64,000 nucleotides of DNA, taken from assembly GCA_037379345.1 (NCBI GenBank), contig CM074512.1:68407597-68471596 (forward strand). The letters run 5' to 3'. The position numbers and the translations under genes were made by a program. The number at the start of each line of letters is the position of its first letter. The stretch's first letter is position 1. The notes under the pieces were generated by a model. It did not search any database, was not told where the DNA came from, and worked only from the letters and a program-made list of their open reading frames with translations. Shown here piece after piece: positions 27,801 through 38,237 of the stretch. Source of the stretch: Perna viridis (taxonomy: Eukaryota).

Positions 27801-28543
27801 GCTGTGTCTTAATAATTTGATTTCTCTGTTTTTATGCTATTTTTTTCCACCCCCACTCCATGAGTGAGTGGTATATTGGAATCACCTTTTCCATCTATTT
27901 GTCTGTCATTCCGTCCATCAAAAAATTATATCACAAATATCATGGCTTCTACTGGACAGTTGATTTCCAATTTGGTATGTGTCTTTATATAGATTGAACG
28001 TATACAATTTTGGTTGTTAACTGAAATCTGCTTCCTGTACAAGAGGGGGTGTACTTAGCTCAACAACGGGTGTAACTTAATGTTTTTACTTAAATCGTTT
28101 TTCTGTTTATTATGCTAATATTTGTAGGACAGATTCTATCACCAAAAGAAAGGACCTAGAAAAAAACAAAAATTTGTTTCCAGTGGACAGTGAACAATAA
28201 TTTATTTTGTTGGTGTGTTTTCTTTGTTTGATTCTTTTTGTTATTCAGAATTACATTGGTTGTCTAAATCTTACATCATCGTATTGTTTTGTACTCGCTG
28301 AGAATAAAAAAATCAAGTTTTAAAATAGTAGATTTGTTTCATTGAAATGACAATTTTTTTCTTTTTATTTTCAGATCTCAAATTTCACCTGTGCCAATAA
28401 CAATTAAACATGAACTACAGAATTCTATTTCAAATATGTTGTCATTAGCAACTGTTACCAATGACTACAGCCAATCAGACTGTTGGATTAAAAATTTACA
28501 GCAGACATTACTGGAAGCCATGTCATGTTTGCATAATATATAA
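1685..28543 (+). CDS. Multi-exon gene (5'-incomplete): catalytically inactive M28B-family glutamate carboxypeptidase II / NAALADase / transferrin-receptor-like protein (PA domain, M28 peptidase-like domain, TfR-type helical dimerisation domain)
   Basis: Exons 1685-1958, 12099-12218, 20075-20162, 20779-20862, 21461-21559, 22259-22440, 23742-23879, 25583-25726, 26589-26778, 27539-27707, 28375-28543. All introns are GT-AG with matching phases; joined 1657 nt are open to TAA at 28541-28543. Family motifs in the correct order: FDVVVTYPD, GELVYGDYGR...GKVLLIKEG, KNIVGSITGDLERDRFVMVG, GWIPRRSIKFYSWD, VGYIDLD, LLPFSIKNY, VRRINDAMMRLGR. Confidence 0.9.
3804..3875 (+). mobile_element. Same (CAAT)n-tailed SINE/LINE 3' end
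   Basis: Near-identical to 40531-40592; imperfect flanking duplication ATCAAT(T/G)GTTTT. Confidence 0.75.
3880..3996 (+). mobile_element. Degenerate tRNA-headed SINE 5' part (MetaSINE-like)
   Basis: A-box-like GGTGGTTCAGTGTTAGC, degenerate B-box, then AAGACTTTAAAAT...TGCTTCTCTGCTAAGCA. Confidence 0.55.
8788..8853. repeat. 33-bp tandem duplication
   Basis: CTCATTTTACCAGAAAGA.A.TGCAGA.C.GAC x2. Confidence 0.85.
12099..12218 (+). CDS. M28B-like gene exon, PA domain (GELVYGDYGREIDLIRRNRTTPLKGKVLLIKEGEISVKDK)
   Basis: TTTTCCAG acceptor, AAG|GTATGA donor, 120 nt, phase 0-0; matches GDLVYVNY...GKIVIARYGKVFRGNK of GCPII. Confidence 0.9.
14532..14864. mobile_element. MITE (CAGTGAAACCTGTCTAAACC family) carrying an internal 17-bp tandem array
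   Basis: Right end GGTTTAGACAGGTTTCACTG|TA; degenerate left end; eight GGTTTAGACAGGTGTTW units at 14583-14718. Confidence 0.75.
15755..15805. repeat. (GT)n microsatellite
   Basis: ~25 TG units with one interruption. Confidence 0.95.
18230..18372. repeat. Imperfect palindrome (probable end of a non-autonomous transposon)
   Basis: AATGACTG.TATA.TTTTTC.GTC...GAAATAACC arm and its reverse complement. Confidence 0.65.
20075..20162 (+). CDS. M28B-like gene exon (IRLGMVYGVSGILLHQSENSIYYEYAGCG)
   Basis: TTTTTCAG acceptor, G|GTAGGC donor, phase 0-1; aligns with VKNAQLAGAKGVILY. Confidence 0.8.
20779..20862 (+). CDS. M28B-like gene exon (DHPQKYPLPVLTVYGPVAEQLMSNYITS)
   Basis: AACAG acceptor; A|GTGGGT donor gives the phase 1 needed by the next exon; aligns with LPSIPVHPIGYYDAQKLL. 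Confidence 0.75.
21010..21400. repeat. Helentron-associated (HINE/DINE-like) interspersed repeat with two ~150-bp internal units
   Basis: GTCC-type microsatellite then TATGA..AGTTACAGATTAA.TT..ACTTTGGTTA unit at ~21127 and ~21274; similar relics near 15500, 23150, 27850, 35820. Confidence 0.45.
21461..21559 (+). CDS. M28B-like gene exon (NKKINIQMTGHYIQMERRVKNIVGSITGDLER)
   Basis: TTATTCAG acceptor, G|GTAGGG donor, phase 1-1; aligns with IYNVIGTLRGAVEP. Confidence 0.88.
22259..22440 (+). CDS. M28B-like gene exon, degenerate active-site region (DRFVMVGSSRSSAIGTSYMLELARSLKDMQKVNGWIPRRSIKFYSWDNDNILNLGLKQYTE)
   Basis: TTTTACAG acceptor, GAG|GTAATA donor (duplicated 36 nt downstream); aligns with DRYVILGGHRDSW...[22 protein letters not shown]. 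Confidence 0.92.
22425..22501 (+). repeat. Perfect 36-bp tandem duplication spanning an exon/intron junction
   Basis: GAAACAGTACACTGAGGTAATAAATGTTCCAAGTCA x2 plus GAAAC. Confidence 0.95.
22581..22780. mobile_element. TTCACATGAA-rich MITE-like repeat
   Basis: TACACAGGAAAAT...ATTTGTCTGTGTA inverted ends; colinear copy at ~34060-34299. Confidence 0.65.
23742..23879 (+). CDS. M28B-like gene exon (LQNVETESPIVGYIDLDLIQTG...VKHIVKE)
   Basis: CTTTCAG acceptor (second in-frame CAG 6 nt downstream), GAG|GTAAAG donor; aligns with VAYINAD...HNLTKE. Confidence 0.88.
24490..25344 (+). mobile_element. Crypton-like (DUF3504/KCTD1-type tyrosine-recombinase transposon) relic, internally deleted, in an M28B intron
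   Basis: 24764-25128 translates, with stops and a frameshift, MAMFINVSEDDI*QLLAGKDSKHTKRAVECSVKSF/YLEQKG...LNEHLRTFYASA*NKDGKSMKKNTLVSLKYGLSKYL, the N-terminal pattern of DUF3504/Crypton proteins; ends in a ~65-bp-arm palindrome at 25211-25344. Confidence 0.72.
25583..25726 (+). CDS. M28B-like gene exon (IPDPHNANLVLDDTWDGRVQPV...TENFTE)
   Basis: TTTTCAG acceptor, GAG|GTATAA donor, 144 nt, phase 0-0; PDP...L.D.W motif of the family. Confidence 0.85.
26053..26171. repeat. Intronic inverted repeat / hairpin
   Basis: 36-bp arms 26053-26088 and 26136-26171 with 2 mismatches. Confidence 0.9.
26589..26778 (+). CDS. M28B-like gene exon (KSDEVHHHMYSLAVARVSSLVALRLLDEELLPFSIKNY...)
   Basis: TTTCAG acceptor, A|GTAAGT donor, phase 0-1; aligns with YHLTVAQV....ELANSIVLPFDCRDY. 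Confidence 0.88.
27539..27707 (+). CDS. M28B-like gene exon, helical dimerisation domain (QLDRLLARAEELKNAG...VRRINDAMMRLGRILS)
   Basis: TTTTTTAG acceptor, AG|GTGAGG donor, phase 1-2; aligns with LRMMNDQLMFLERAF. Confidence 0.88.
28375..28543 (+). CDS. M28B-like gene terminal coding exon (SQISPVP...LQQTLLEAMSCLHNI*)
   Basis: Strong polypyrimidine-CAG acceptor, phase 2, stop TAA 28541-28543. Confidence 0.8.
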
Positions 28544-28929
28544 ATTTGTACGTCTTCATTCCATATTGAGATTACATTTTTATGACATTGTGTGAAAGGG
28601 AGGTAATTTGAGTCAAAATTGACCGAGTGTGTTGATTGTTGTACTAAGTATAGAAATTTATTGTGAAATTGAGATTTAAATGAAAGTTTTATTTCCAGCT
28701 TACAAATACTTTGACAATTGTTTTCATTGAAAACAACTCAACTTGCATCTAACATACATTTTATATTTTTTAACTTTTCATGCAAAGTCCTGACAATTTT
28801 AATGAAATACTTTTATTTGTACTTTCAAACTTACATACAATATGAAAAAAATATGAAACCAAAATTGGATTTAATGTTTTTTTTTTTAAATTTAGAACAT
28901 AAATCAGTGTTCTTGATGTTGAATTTTTA

Positions 28930-29292
28930 CAGTCCTTGAACCAATCTGTGCACCCATTTGATGGATAGATGACTGATGACTGATCGATCGCTGACAGATC
29001 GATGGTGACCGATCTGATCGGAGTTTTGTTATGTAAAATGACGTATGATCTGTTATATAAAAGAAATGTAAAACAAAAGTATAAATTGATGTTTAAATCT
29101 ATAACATTTTGTAAATATATGTAAAAGACAAAGAAAACAAAACAAAATCTGTAAAATACACTGACCGCTCTGTGTTCACGTGATGTGATCACCAATAAAG
29201 GGACCGGTTTGACGGATCAATGACTGACCAGAAACTGATCGGTGATCAATGTACGATCGCAATTTTTGTTGCACGAATCGATTCAGGTACTG
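28930..29292. mobile_element. TA-flanked MITE with CAGT termini (Tc1/mariner-pogo type) downstream of the M28B stop
   Basis: TA|CAGTCCTTGAACCAATCTGTGCA ... TGCACGAATCGATTCAGGTACTG|TA; GATC-rich interior; related inverted copy at 62367-62629. Confidence 0.82.
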
Positions 29293-30886
29293 TAGCAAAT
29301 GAAATATTAACTGTTTGAAACATAAGCTTATTGTTTTTGCTAAATTATGATACAGTGGTACAAACTGATTAAAAGAATTAAAACATTTTCATGATATTAA
29401 AAGTCATTAATGGCATTTGTGTCAACGTTATTTTATTTTTACTGAAACAACTTGATGGCCAATCAGCAATAATCATATGTGTCATATCAATTAAATTATA
29501 TTTTTTGAAGTGATTTGGTATAGATGTGTATGTTTGTTGTTAAGATAAAATTGTACTGTTTATTCCAATTTAAATTGATTTAAAATATAACTTTATTGTA
29601 TTTCAGTTGTGGATATGAAATTAACTGGTGTCATGTCAGAAGAGTTTGTAAATGGTTACAAATAGCTATCAAATTAAGATGAACATAAAAAAAAGTTTTA
29701 AATACAATACAGTTATCTCCGCTCTAAAGCAAATAATTAAATAATTCTGTGAAAATCACAATTAAAAAACCTTAAGAATAACTGTTTATGTGTAAAAATT
29801 GTCCCTGTCAATTGTGGATATCAGATGTTATGTTGAAGTTGTGTGAGAACTATGTATTTAATTGAGTATGCTACAAACAAAAATGAAATGTGTAAAAGTA
29901 AATGTTATGTGATTTTTTTTAAAGACTGATGCAAATGGCAATTTTTAAACTTAAATTGTAAGGTTATATTACTTGTTTCACATTAGATGTAATTTTTTGG
30001 CAACTTAAAGAAATCCATATCATTATCCATATACATTTTTGTTCATAATTTTTTATATCCATATTTTTTTTTTTTTTTCATGTAAATGCATGCAAAACTT
30101 TTCTACTAACCACTTTTATCTGCAATGTGGACCATGATGCTTCCAAATATATTAGGACTGAATCTATTTCTATACAAAATTTTCATACTAAAATTAATGG
30201 TACACTTGCTTTCATGCTTATATCTTAATACTGTTTTCAAAAATGATTTGTTTGTCTGCTTTTTCATATCCTGATTTTACCATCGCATATATTTTTTTAA
30301 TGATGTTTACTTCCAATTCCGTTTATTTCCGCTTCTTTGTTGGCTTTGTAAAATCATGTCTGTTGAAGTATAGAAGTTGCATAACTTTTCTCTGTAGATG
30401 ATCACAATTCAGCCATTGTTTTGGTATACAAGACAGAAACATTGATATTAGTGTAAATATTTTAAATGTTTAAGATGTGTAAATTGTGTATGATTGATTC
30501 TAAATATTATGTCTTTCTGTTTTCTTGCCAGTATCAAAGGGATTTGAGATTTTTTAAAGTTTAAAATTTTTTATGTCAAAATAAAGTTTTAAAATGCCAA
30601 AATTTCTCATTTAATGTATGTTTATTTCAGAAAAATCTTTCTTTTTAAAAAAAAAATGTCTTCTTTTTTAAATCATTCCTTTTAATTATGAGGTTTAGTT
30701 TTATTGAAAATCAAAATATTTTAAAGATTTTTTATTACTTCAGATTATAAAAAAAAATTTGATCATAACATTTTTTTTAATCAAAATTGAGTTATTCCCC
30801 TTTAACTACTTTTAACTACTTAAATTGAGGTTGTGTGTTCAAAATACATTTGACTGTCAATATTTTAGGTCAAATAAGGCAAAATA

Positions 30887-31040
30887 CAGTGAAACCTGTC
30901 TTAACCAAACCCCTTAAAAATTGGTTCAGTTTAGACAGGTTAAAAATACATTTAAAGTGATATGAAGGGACTTTGGAAAATAGTTTGGTTTTAAATAAGA
31001 TTTTGGATTATTCAGGGTTTGGTATAGAATGATGTCACTG
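30887..31040. mobile_element. MITE, same family as 14532-14864, without the array expansion
   Basis: TA|CAGTGAAACCTGTCTTAACC...TTATTCAGGGTTTGG...GTCACTG|TA; more degenerate copies at 3081-3239 and 11810-12062. Confidence 0.7.
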
Positions 31041-34000
31041 TAGATTTTCATTTTTTTATTATTTCTCCATTTTAATGTGCCAAAGCCCGAGGGTTGTGCA
31101 ATCAAATAATTTCATTGTTTTATTTGTATTGTTTTAGATGCTTAATGTAGATTTTATAGTTTTTCATTTCTATCTTTTATATGATTGCAATATTGTACAA
31201 TAAAAAATGTGAAATTTTGACAGATCAACTATTCCTTCAGTACCTAACACTGATCTGTACAAAAGCATTTTCTGTTCATCATCACTAATTGATTATTCAC
31301 AGCTTGGTCAACAAGCCATCAAACAAAGATGTGGATTGTATATGACATGATTTCTGAATAATTTATACATTTGAACAAAATTTATGTTTTTCAAAGCATG
31401 AACATTTAACTAAATAACAACAACAAGATTAAATATTTATTTTTAAAAATTAGTGTGACATGTCATGAATATACAAAAAAAATTCATAGTATGACTACAT
31501 TGTATTTGTTTTTTCAAATGAAATTCCATGAAAATTACATTAATAAAACTAAATATTGATTGGATCCATCACACTTCATTGACCTGTTGTGGGTCAATGA
31601 ACAATCTGTTCTTGATCTGTCAAAATAAAATTGTCAGGATCAGTTCATGGATTGTACAACAAGTGAAATATTAACATTTTTTTTTCTTACGATATTATTT
31701 TCACTTTTGTTCTTAAATGATATAACTTGTGTAAGTAATGGTATTAAAGTATTGTTATAAATGTTTGTCTGTTACTTTGAAATGAAAATTTAAGGAGACA
31801 ATTGTTCTTTTGAAACAGCTATGATTATTTAGTTTCTACATACTCATTCAGATACAAAACTTCTGTTCGTATCAACTTATGAAGCTATTCAGAAATGAAA
31901 AAAATACAGCCATTTTTATTTTTTAAATGTGGAATTGACAGGTGAAATGCAGCTTCTTGCAGCTAATTCATGGTTTTCCTTTGATGTGTTGTTTCCACAC
32001 GGTAGGGTGTAGGTTACCAGTGTGACGGTATTTGGAATCCTCAAAAAAATAATTTTGTCTCTGCATTCTCATCTTTGAACTGATTTGCCTGCTGGAAAAT
32101 CCTCCTCCTTAATGTCTTATGTGTAAAGAAATTAATTACATATCTAGGTAAAACAATACATTTGTTTCTTTTTTAAAAAAAATAAGTACCATTCTGTGTA
32201 GGAATCAGGCAGTGAGTGGCACATCATTTTCATTAAATTGGTCTTTGTTGTCTAAAATATATTTATTACATCTAATTAACAACCCAAAAGTTATTTGGAT
32301 TTATTAAAAGCATCAGTTACATATATATTTTTTACTGTTTAAATAGGGAATAAGTACGGGAAAATTTCCCCGCCATTTTTCCATTATGCATTTCAAGTAA
32401 ATATGGTCTATCAATATCGTAAAAAGGCAAACTTTACAAACACTTTGATGGTTATTTCTGGAAGTTATGAAGAATAAATACTTGAATAATGCAACAAAAA
32501 CTCTGTGCCACACCTTATACACAGTTTGCCTGATTCTTAGACATAGAAGTACTGAAGTACACAGTAATACAATTTTGCAGCTATAGTGAGACAAACAGAA
32601 ATTTTTCATATTATAATTAATAAAAAAAAACATACCTTTTGGTAATTTAAAAGTAACTTAATTGTTTTGTTTTTCAAATGAAAAATTATGAAAAATGAAA
32701 AAAAAGTCAGCCCTTGATTGTGATACTGAACTATATTTGGCCATTGAAAATGTTTTAAAGTATGATCTTTTTTTTAAAAAAAATTGATGGTAATAATAGT
32801 TTGTCATACTTGAACGAATTGTATCGTTAATTATGTCATGAGTGTTATAAGGAAACTAGATACTTGTATTATATTTTCAGTTACATATCTAGTTTAATTT
32901 TTTATGTAATTTTGATATGAGAAGTCTGCCAAATAATTTTCATATTTGTTTGTTTGAGTTACCTTATGCAGTTTGCAAAGCAAACACATATTATTTTGGA
33001 TATGAATATGTAATTTATTTAGGGAGTGGTTACCTGTACCACTGGAAGTTTTTTAGTGACAAAGCAGAAAACCTGTTCATATTTGGAAAATGGGTTATAA
33101 GTTGATGACTAACTCCACAGCTAAAAGAAAATAAGTGTAGCACTTAAGTTACCCTTTCAAGTTACTATTGCCATTTATTCTTCTTGTTTATAAAATGATG
33201 AACTTACTGTACATTGAAACCATTGCATCTATATAAAGTAAATAATTTAGCCTTGATTTGTATGAAATTTGTATAAACTGTTGGAAATATGTTGTCCCTG
33301 AAATTAAAGACTCTATGAATGTATTAGTTATACTTAGTTTTAATGATTACGCCCTAATGTCGATAGTGTTTGACACATGTGGCGAAGTTACATTATTGCT
33401 GCTACATTACTACTAGATTATACTCATTTTGCCATAAGATTGGTGCTGCTGGCGGAGCAGGACATGCTTACCATTTTGGAGCATCTAATGATATTCCTGT
33501 TTTTTTTTCTACGTTAGTTTTTTCGCATGACGTCACGTTTTCCTCATTTACTCTCTTATGTGTTTTTTGTTCATTACATTGTGTATGTAGATCTTTTCTG
33601 TTACATGTGTTCACGTTTACGCCACATATTTGGATTTTGATGCACTACTACAATACTTTGCATTTGAATCATCCTACTGCCGAGGCTTCGGTGGTTTTTG
33701 TTTTTGTTTTTTCTGCCGATATTTTGGTTATTATCAACAGTAACGTATTACTTTCAATAATCGTAATGCCTTTGTGCTATAAAAAGAAAACTTGTCAAGT
33801 ACATTTATCAGTTTCATCACAATACTTCCTTGAAAGGTAATATTTTGGATATTACTAAGTGTAGGATGAAGAAACTTAAATAAACCTCTTAACAAATATA
33901 TTCAAAATATCAGTTTCAGGTATATAAAGGCTTTTGGTTGAAAATGAAAGTAAAAGTAGTTTTGCAATGATGTTACTTTGTGAAGAAAAATTTTCAAAAG

Positions 34001-34059
34001 GTGAAACTGATGTGTTGAGTGATATGAAAGTCCTATTTCTTGTCCAACAATTGTATATA

Positions 34060-34299
34060 AATGCAAAATTATTTCACATGATTTTCACTCGAATTTCACA
34101 TGATATTCACCTGAATTGGGCAAATTAACTTTGTGACAGAGTAACAGTATGACGTGAATCGAAACTTAAGTAATTAAAATTTCACATGACAATTATGTAA
34201 ATTTCACATGACAATCATGTAAATTTCATGTGAAGTTCACGTGAATTTCGTGTGAAGCTCGATTACAATGAATTTCAAGTGAAAAATATTTCCTATGTA
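34060..34299. mobile_element. Second copy of the TTCACATGAA-rich MITE-like repeat
   Basis: Shares TTCACCTGAATT, TGTGACAG, GTGAATCGA and GTGAAGCTC blocks in the same order as 22581-22780. Confidence 0.65.
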
Positions 34300-35026
34300 G
34301 TGGCAGTTATGAAGTACAACATGTAATTCATTACAGCACCAAATGTAACCATAATTCTTTTTTTGAGATATTGGTTTTCGAAAAACAACATTCCAGTGTT
34401 TTTAATAGAAGGTCTACATGTCCTAAGATCAGTTAAACTTGATAAACCAATGATATTCACATGCATGCTTGTCACGGTTTATTATGTGGTTAACTTCTTT
34501 ATTATTAACTTGTCATCTGATGTGGGTTTTCTATCTTAATGAGGACAGGTCCGGTGTCAAATAATCGGAAAAAAAGATACTGTTAAGTCCTGAGAATGTT
34601 CTCAATATTTGCGTCGTCAAGTCAGAAATTTCCAACACCATGGAAGTACTTAAATCTCAGACAAAAAGATTGTGTTGCCACCGAAGACAAGTTGGCTCTA
34701 TTCGTTATAACAATATTTCTTGTATTTTGATAAAAACAAATTGGACAGCTCAGCGAATGTGTCTAGAAAAACATCGATACACCTGTCATTGTTTTTTGGT
34801 TTTATTTTGCTTGACTCCCTGTTGGTCTTTTAATCTTTCTGTTTGTTTTCCTTTTGTTTTTTATGCTCTTTTTTCGTTTTTCTTTTTCACGCCTCTACAA
34901 TTATGAGCGGATACTATGGATTTCCTCAAAACTAGATTCCACAGTGAATTAAAAATTTCAATTATTTTATTGTAAACCAAAAGAATGTACTGCAGTTGGC
35001 TCAAAAAGATTTACAGATTGAATGAA

Positions 35027-35221
35027 GGAGTAATCAAGGGAACCAATATTGTAGCGGAAATCAAAAGAATGTAATTCAGGGACAAAGACCAGACACGGAA
35101 AACACACAAACACAACAAAGAACATAAAGTAACTAAATTAATAATACAAAGTAACAAAAGTAAATGAGCAACTCGGACGCCATTAAAAACTGAGAGCATG
35201 GACCAGGTGCACCGACAGGGT
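35027..35221 (-). mobile_element. Penelope-like retroelement 3' fragment
   Basis: Reverse complement of the family tail (GAGTAATCAAGGGAACCAA...GAGCAACTCGG). Confidence 0.8.
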
Positions 35222-35589
35222 TACACCGATAAAGTTTCAAAAAGCAATATTGTCTGTTCCAATAATAACTATAAAAAAGAGAGATGTGGTATGATTGCCA
35301 ATCACATAGTCACCCACCAAATGCCAAACAACGGGCAATTAAACTGATACAGTTCACCACACGGTCCTCAATGATGGGAAAAACCCTTGCCATAAAACAA
35401 GATATAAAAAACCGCAAAATAAATGATGTGACACAATTCATAAAATACGAATTTATGTATCGATAGTATACTGACTTTATGTTGCCTACATCCCAGACAT
35501 ACGCAATTTTTGTTTTTAATTTTTTAAAACATAATTTTTGATGAATGACCCACAAAAATGGGCCACAATTAATCTTGTTGCCCTCACCT

Positions 35590-35742
35590 GTCCGAGTTGC
35601 TCATTTACTTTTGTTACTTTGTATGTATGATTTTAGTTACTTTATGTTCTTTGTTGTGTATGTCTGTTTTCCATGTCTGGCCTTTGTCCCTGGATTACAT
35701 TCTTTTGATTACCGCTATAACCTTGGTTCCCTTGATTACTCT
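35590..35742 (+). mobile_element. Penelope-like retroelement 3' fragment
   Basis: Near-identical to 41609-41760 and 51800-51952. Confidence 0.8.
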
Positions 35743-36719
35743 TTAGCAATCCTAGGGTCGCTTATGATACTGATCAGGGAACCAGATTACAATATATGAC
35801 GTCGAGATGCAAGGGCCGCTTTGGAAAATCTTCCGTAAATGCCAGGCTTCCGTCCGTATGTCCTTCCGTCCTACACAAACTCTTGACTATAATTTCACAA
35901 CGGATTCCGAGGAAACTTATACCAAATGTTGATAATACTTAGAATTTGACAGAAATGATAATCAGCATTGTCCGATAGTTTTAGAGGAAGTTATGTCAAT
36001 TTGAGTATAAAACATTTTAGCGAGGATCGGATAGGAGATATGGAACAATGTTCTTTTATTGGATAATGTGAGCTAGTTTGGGAGATATTTGCAAAAAAAC
36101 ACACAGTCTGACTCATATGTTCTATTTTTAGTAATGGTGGCAATGTTCTTCAACGGGTAAAAAATCCCCACATCAGTTCTATGTAGGATACCCCAAGGAA
36201 CATTCATACCAAGTTTGATTCCAATTGGTCAAGTGGTGTCAGAGGAGAAGATTTTTTTAAGAAATAAAATTCAAAATAGAAAAAAAAATGTTAAAAAAAG
36301 GGCAATAACTCCAACGTGGCTTAACAAATTAAAATGAAAATTTGACAGCAGATAGATTTCATCATGCTAAACACTTTTACAATCTACAAATTAAGCAATG
36401 CGGAATATATAGCGTTTTATCAGTTTGTGGCTTAAAAGTTGAGGTCAGACCCTTTTACAGAGAACCTTTGCATACTATTTACTTGTTTTCATACACAATA
36501 GGAACAATATAGTCAAATCGGTATAGAACCCAACAGAAATAGTTTTATGGATTTGTATACATATGTCATCTATTAAAACACAAATCTATCAAAATTGTGA
36601 AAAAGAATTCCTTCACCCGATATAAATTAATTCAAGTCAATCATAAGTGCATTGATTTAATGCTATATTTCGAGATCTTCATCTCACGTATCTTGATATT
36701 TACATGTAGGTCATTACAG

Positions 36720-36965
36720 TTGCCTTAAATCTGCCTTCATCTCGATACTGACAAGGAGGAAAGTTTTTAAGTTAACGATATGAAAAATGCAAACGTTGCT
36801 TCACTGATGTCAACTATAATGTATTCATTCTTATGTACTAACATTCCAGCTGCTCCAGCGTATATGGATCTTGTATTCATAACGCATACGCTTCGTTCTG
36901 AATTACAATCAAATAAGCCAAGGGCTTGGCAGTTAAAACGAAAGTTACTGGGTATAAAGATATGG
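36720..36965 (+). mobile_element. Old, degenerate RT-thumb fragment of a related retroelement
   Basis: ORF 36780 contains SFLCTNIPAAPAY, matching the FPFLSSNIP.SPAYGVY thumb motif. Confidence 0.55.
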
Positions 36966-37405
36966 TTGACCATAAACAAGAAACTCTTACTACTCTTGTC
37001 ATCATGCTTTAATACTATAGATTAGTTCACTTAAGGAAGGAGACCTAAGGTAAGGGACACAACCCTTACAAGTCATTGGAACGTTTGTATTCATGTAATA
37101 CAATCTCATATAAGCATCAAAGTAACTTAGTCAGATTTCATTCTGTTTTGAAGGAAAGCTTGAAAGGCTTTGGTGAAATTGAAAATGATACAAACATATC
37201 ACTGATTTCAAGAGTTTTGTACCTTACCCTAGGTCTACCGCCTTACGTACGTCTGTACATCATACACTGTACACGTTTCTGCAGATAGTTGAAAGCAAAA
37301 AAAAAGTTAACTTATTAAAGTGCAACGTTTATTCTATTTTTAGACTTATTATCTAATCAAGTAACTGTTCGTAAGTATCGACTGATCAGTACAGATTAAT
37401 CTGAA

Positions 37406-37406
37406 T

Positions 37407-37449
<43 letters not shown>

Positions 37450-37470
37450 TTATTTATTTTTTTTATTTAT
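37406..37470. repeat. (ATTT)n microsatellite
   Basis: Direct inspection. Confidence 0.9.
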
Positions 37471-38237
37471 TATTATTTTTTTTTTGCATGAAAATAAATG
37501 GCAGCATTCAATTTCTGAACTAATAGAGGTTGAAGTATAGTTAAGAGTAATTTGAATTACCAATTTATGTTTGTCATAACTTGTGTCAATTTCAGGCATA
37601 ATGCTAGAAGTGTTTAAAATTGGAAGCGAAAGTACCGAAACTTCAACTTTTCAAAAAACACGTCTTCGGACATTAAGCTTTAAACCATAACAAAGGATCT
37701 AAACAGTAATTTCTTTCTACATTATTTTTAAATACCAAGTCTTTTTTAATTGCATTATGTAATACAAAATGTTATTATATAACGTTTAATATTATACATT
37801 GATATATTTTATAAAGTGCTGAATACTTTTTGTAAATGTTTCATTAAATAAAAAAAGTTTCGTCTGTCTTAGATATATGACGTTCGAACTGTATTCTGAG
37901 TCCTCTATTTCAATAGTTGAAGTTCATATTCATTTAGTGATTTTGTTTGTTTGTTTGTTTGTTTTTTTTGGGGTTTTTTTTTGTTTTGGTTTGTTTTTGT
38001 TTTTGTTTTTTTTTATAGTTCTTATTCAAAATTAAGTTCTGTATTACACAAGCTCTTTTCTCGACACATATCTAGTAATTATTACACAGTTGACCGTATT
38101 TGTGATACGAATAAAAAACTCACAATGTGTAAAATCCAATTTACCTTTAAAATATACTCAAAAAATATACATGTACAACCGCCACAAATAAAAGGCCGCA
38201 AACGTATTTGATAGTGGTCGATTTTGCAGATATTGAG

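Noticed and set aside
32358-32371. NF-kB-like site GGGAAAATTTCCCC
   Set aside because: Isolated, ~7 kb from the nearest gene start; no support beyond the motif
33370-33840. 156-aa hydrophobic ORF
   Set aside because: Runs through a T-rich retroelement tail; no domain or splice support
35545-35799. Recurrent ORFs containing VRVAHLLLLLCMYDFSYFMFFVVYVCFPCL that look like a small membrane-protein family
   Set aside because: Translations of the non-coding T-rich tail of the repeated retroelement, in varying frames and strands
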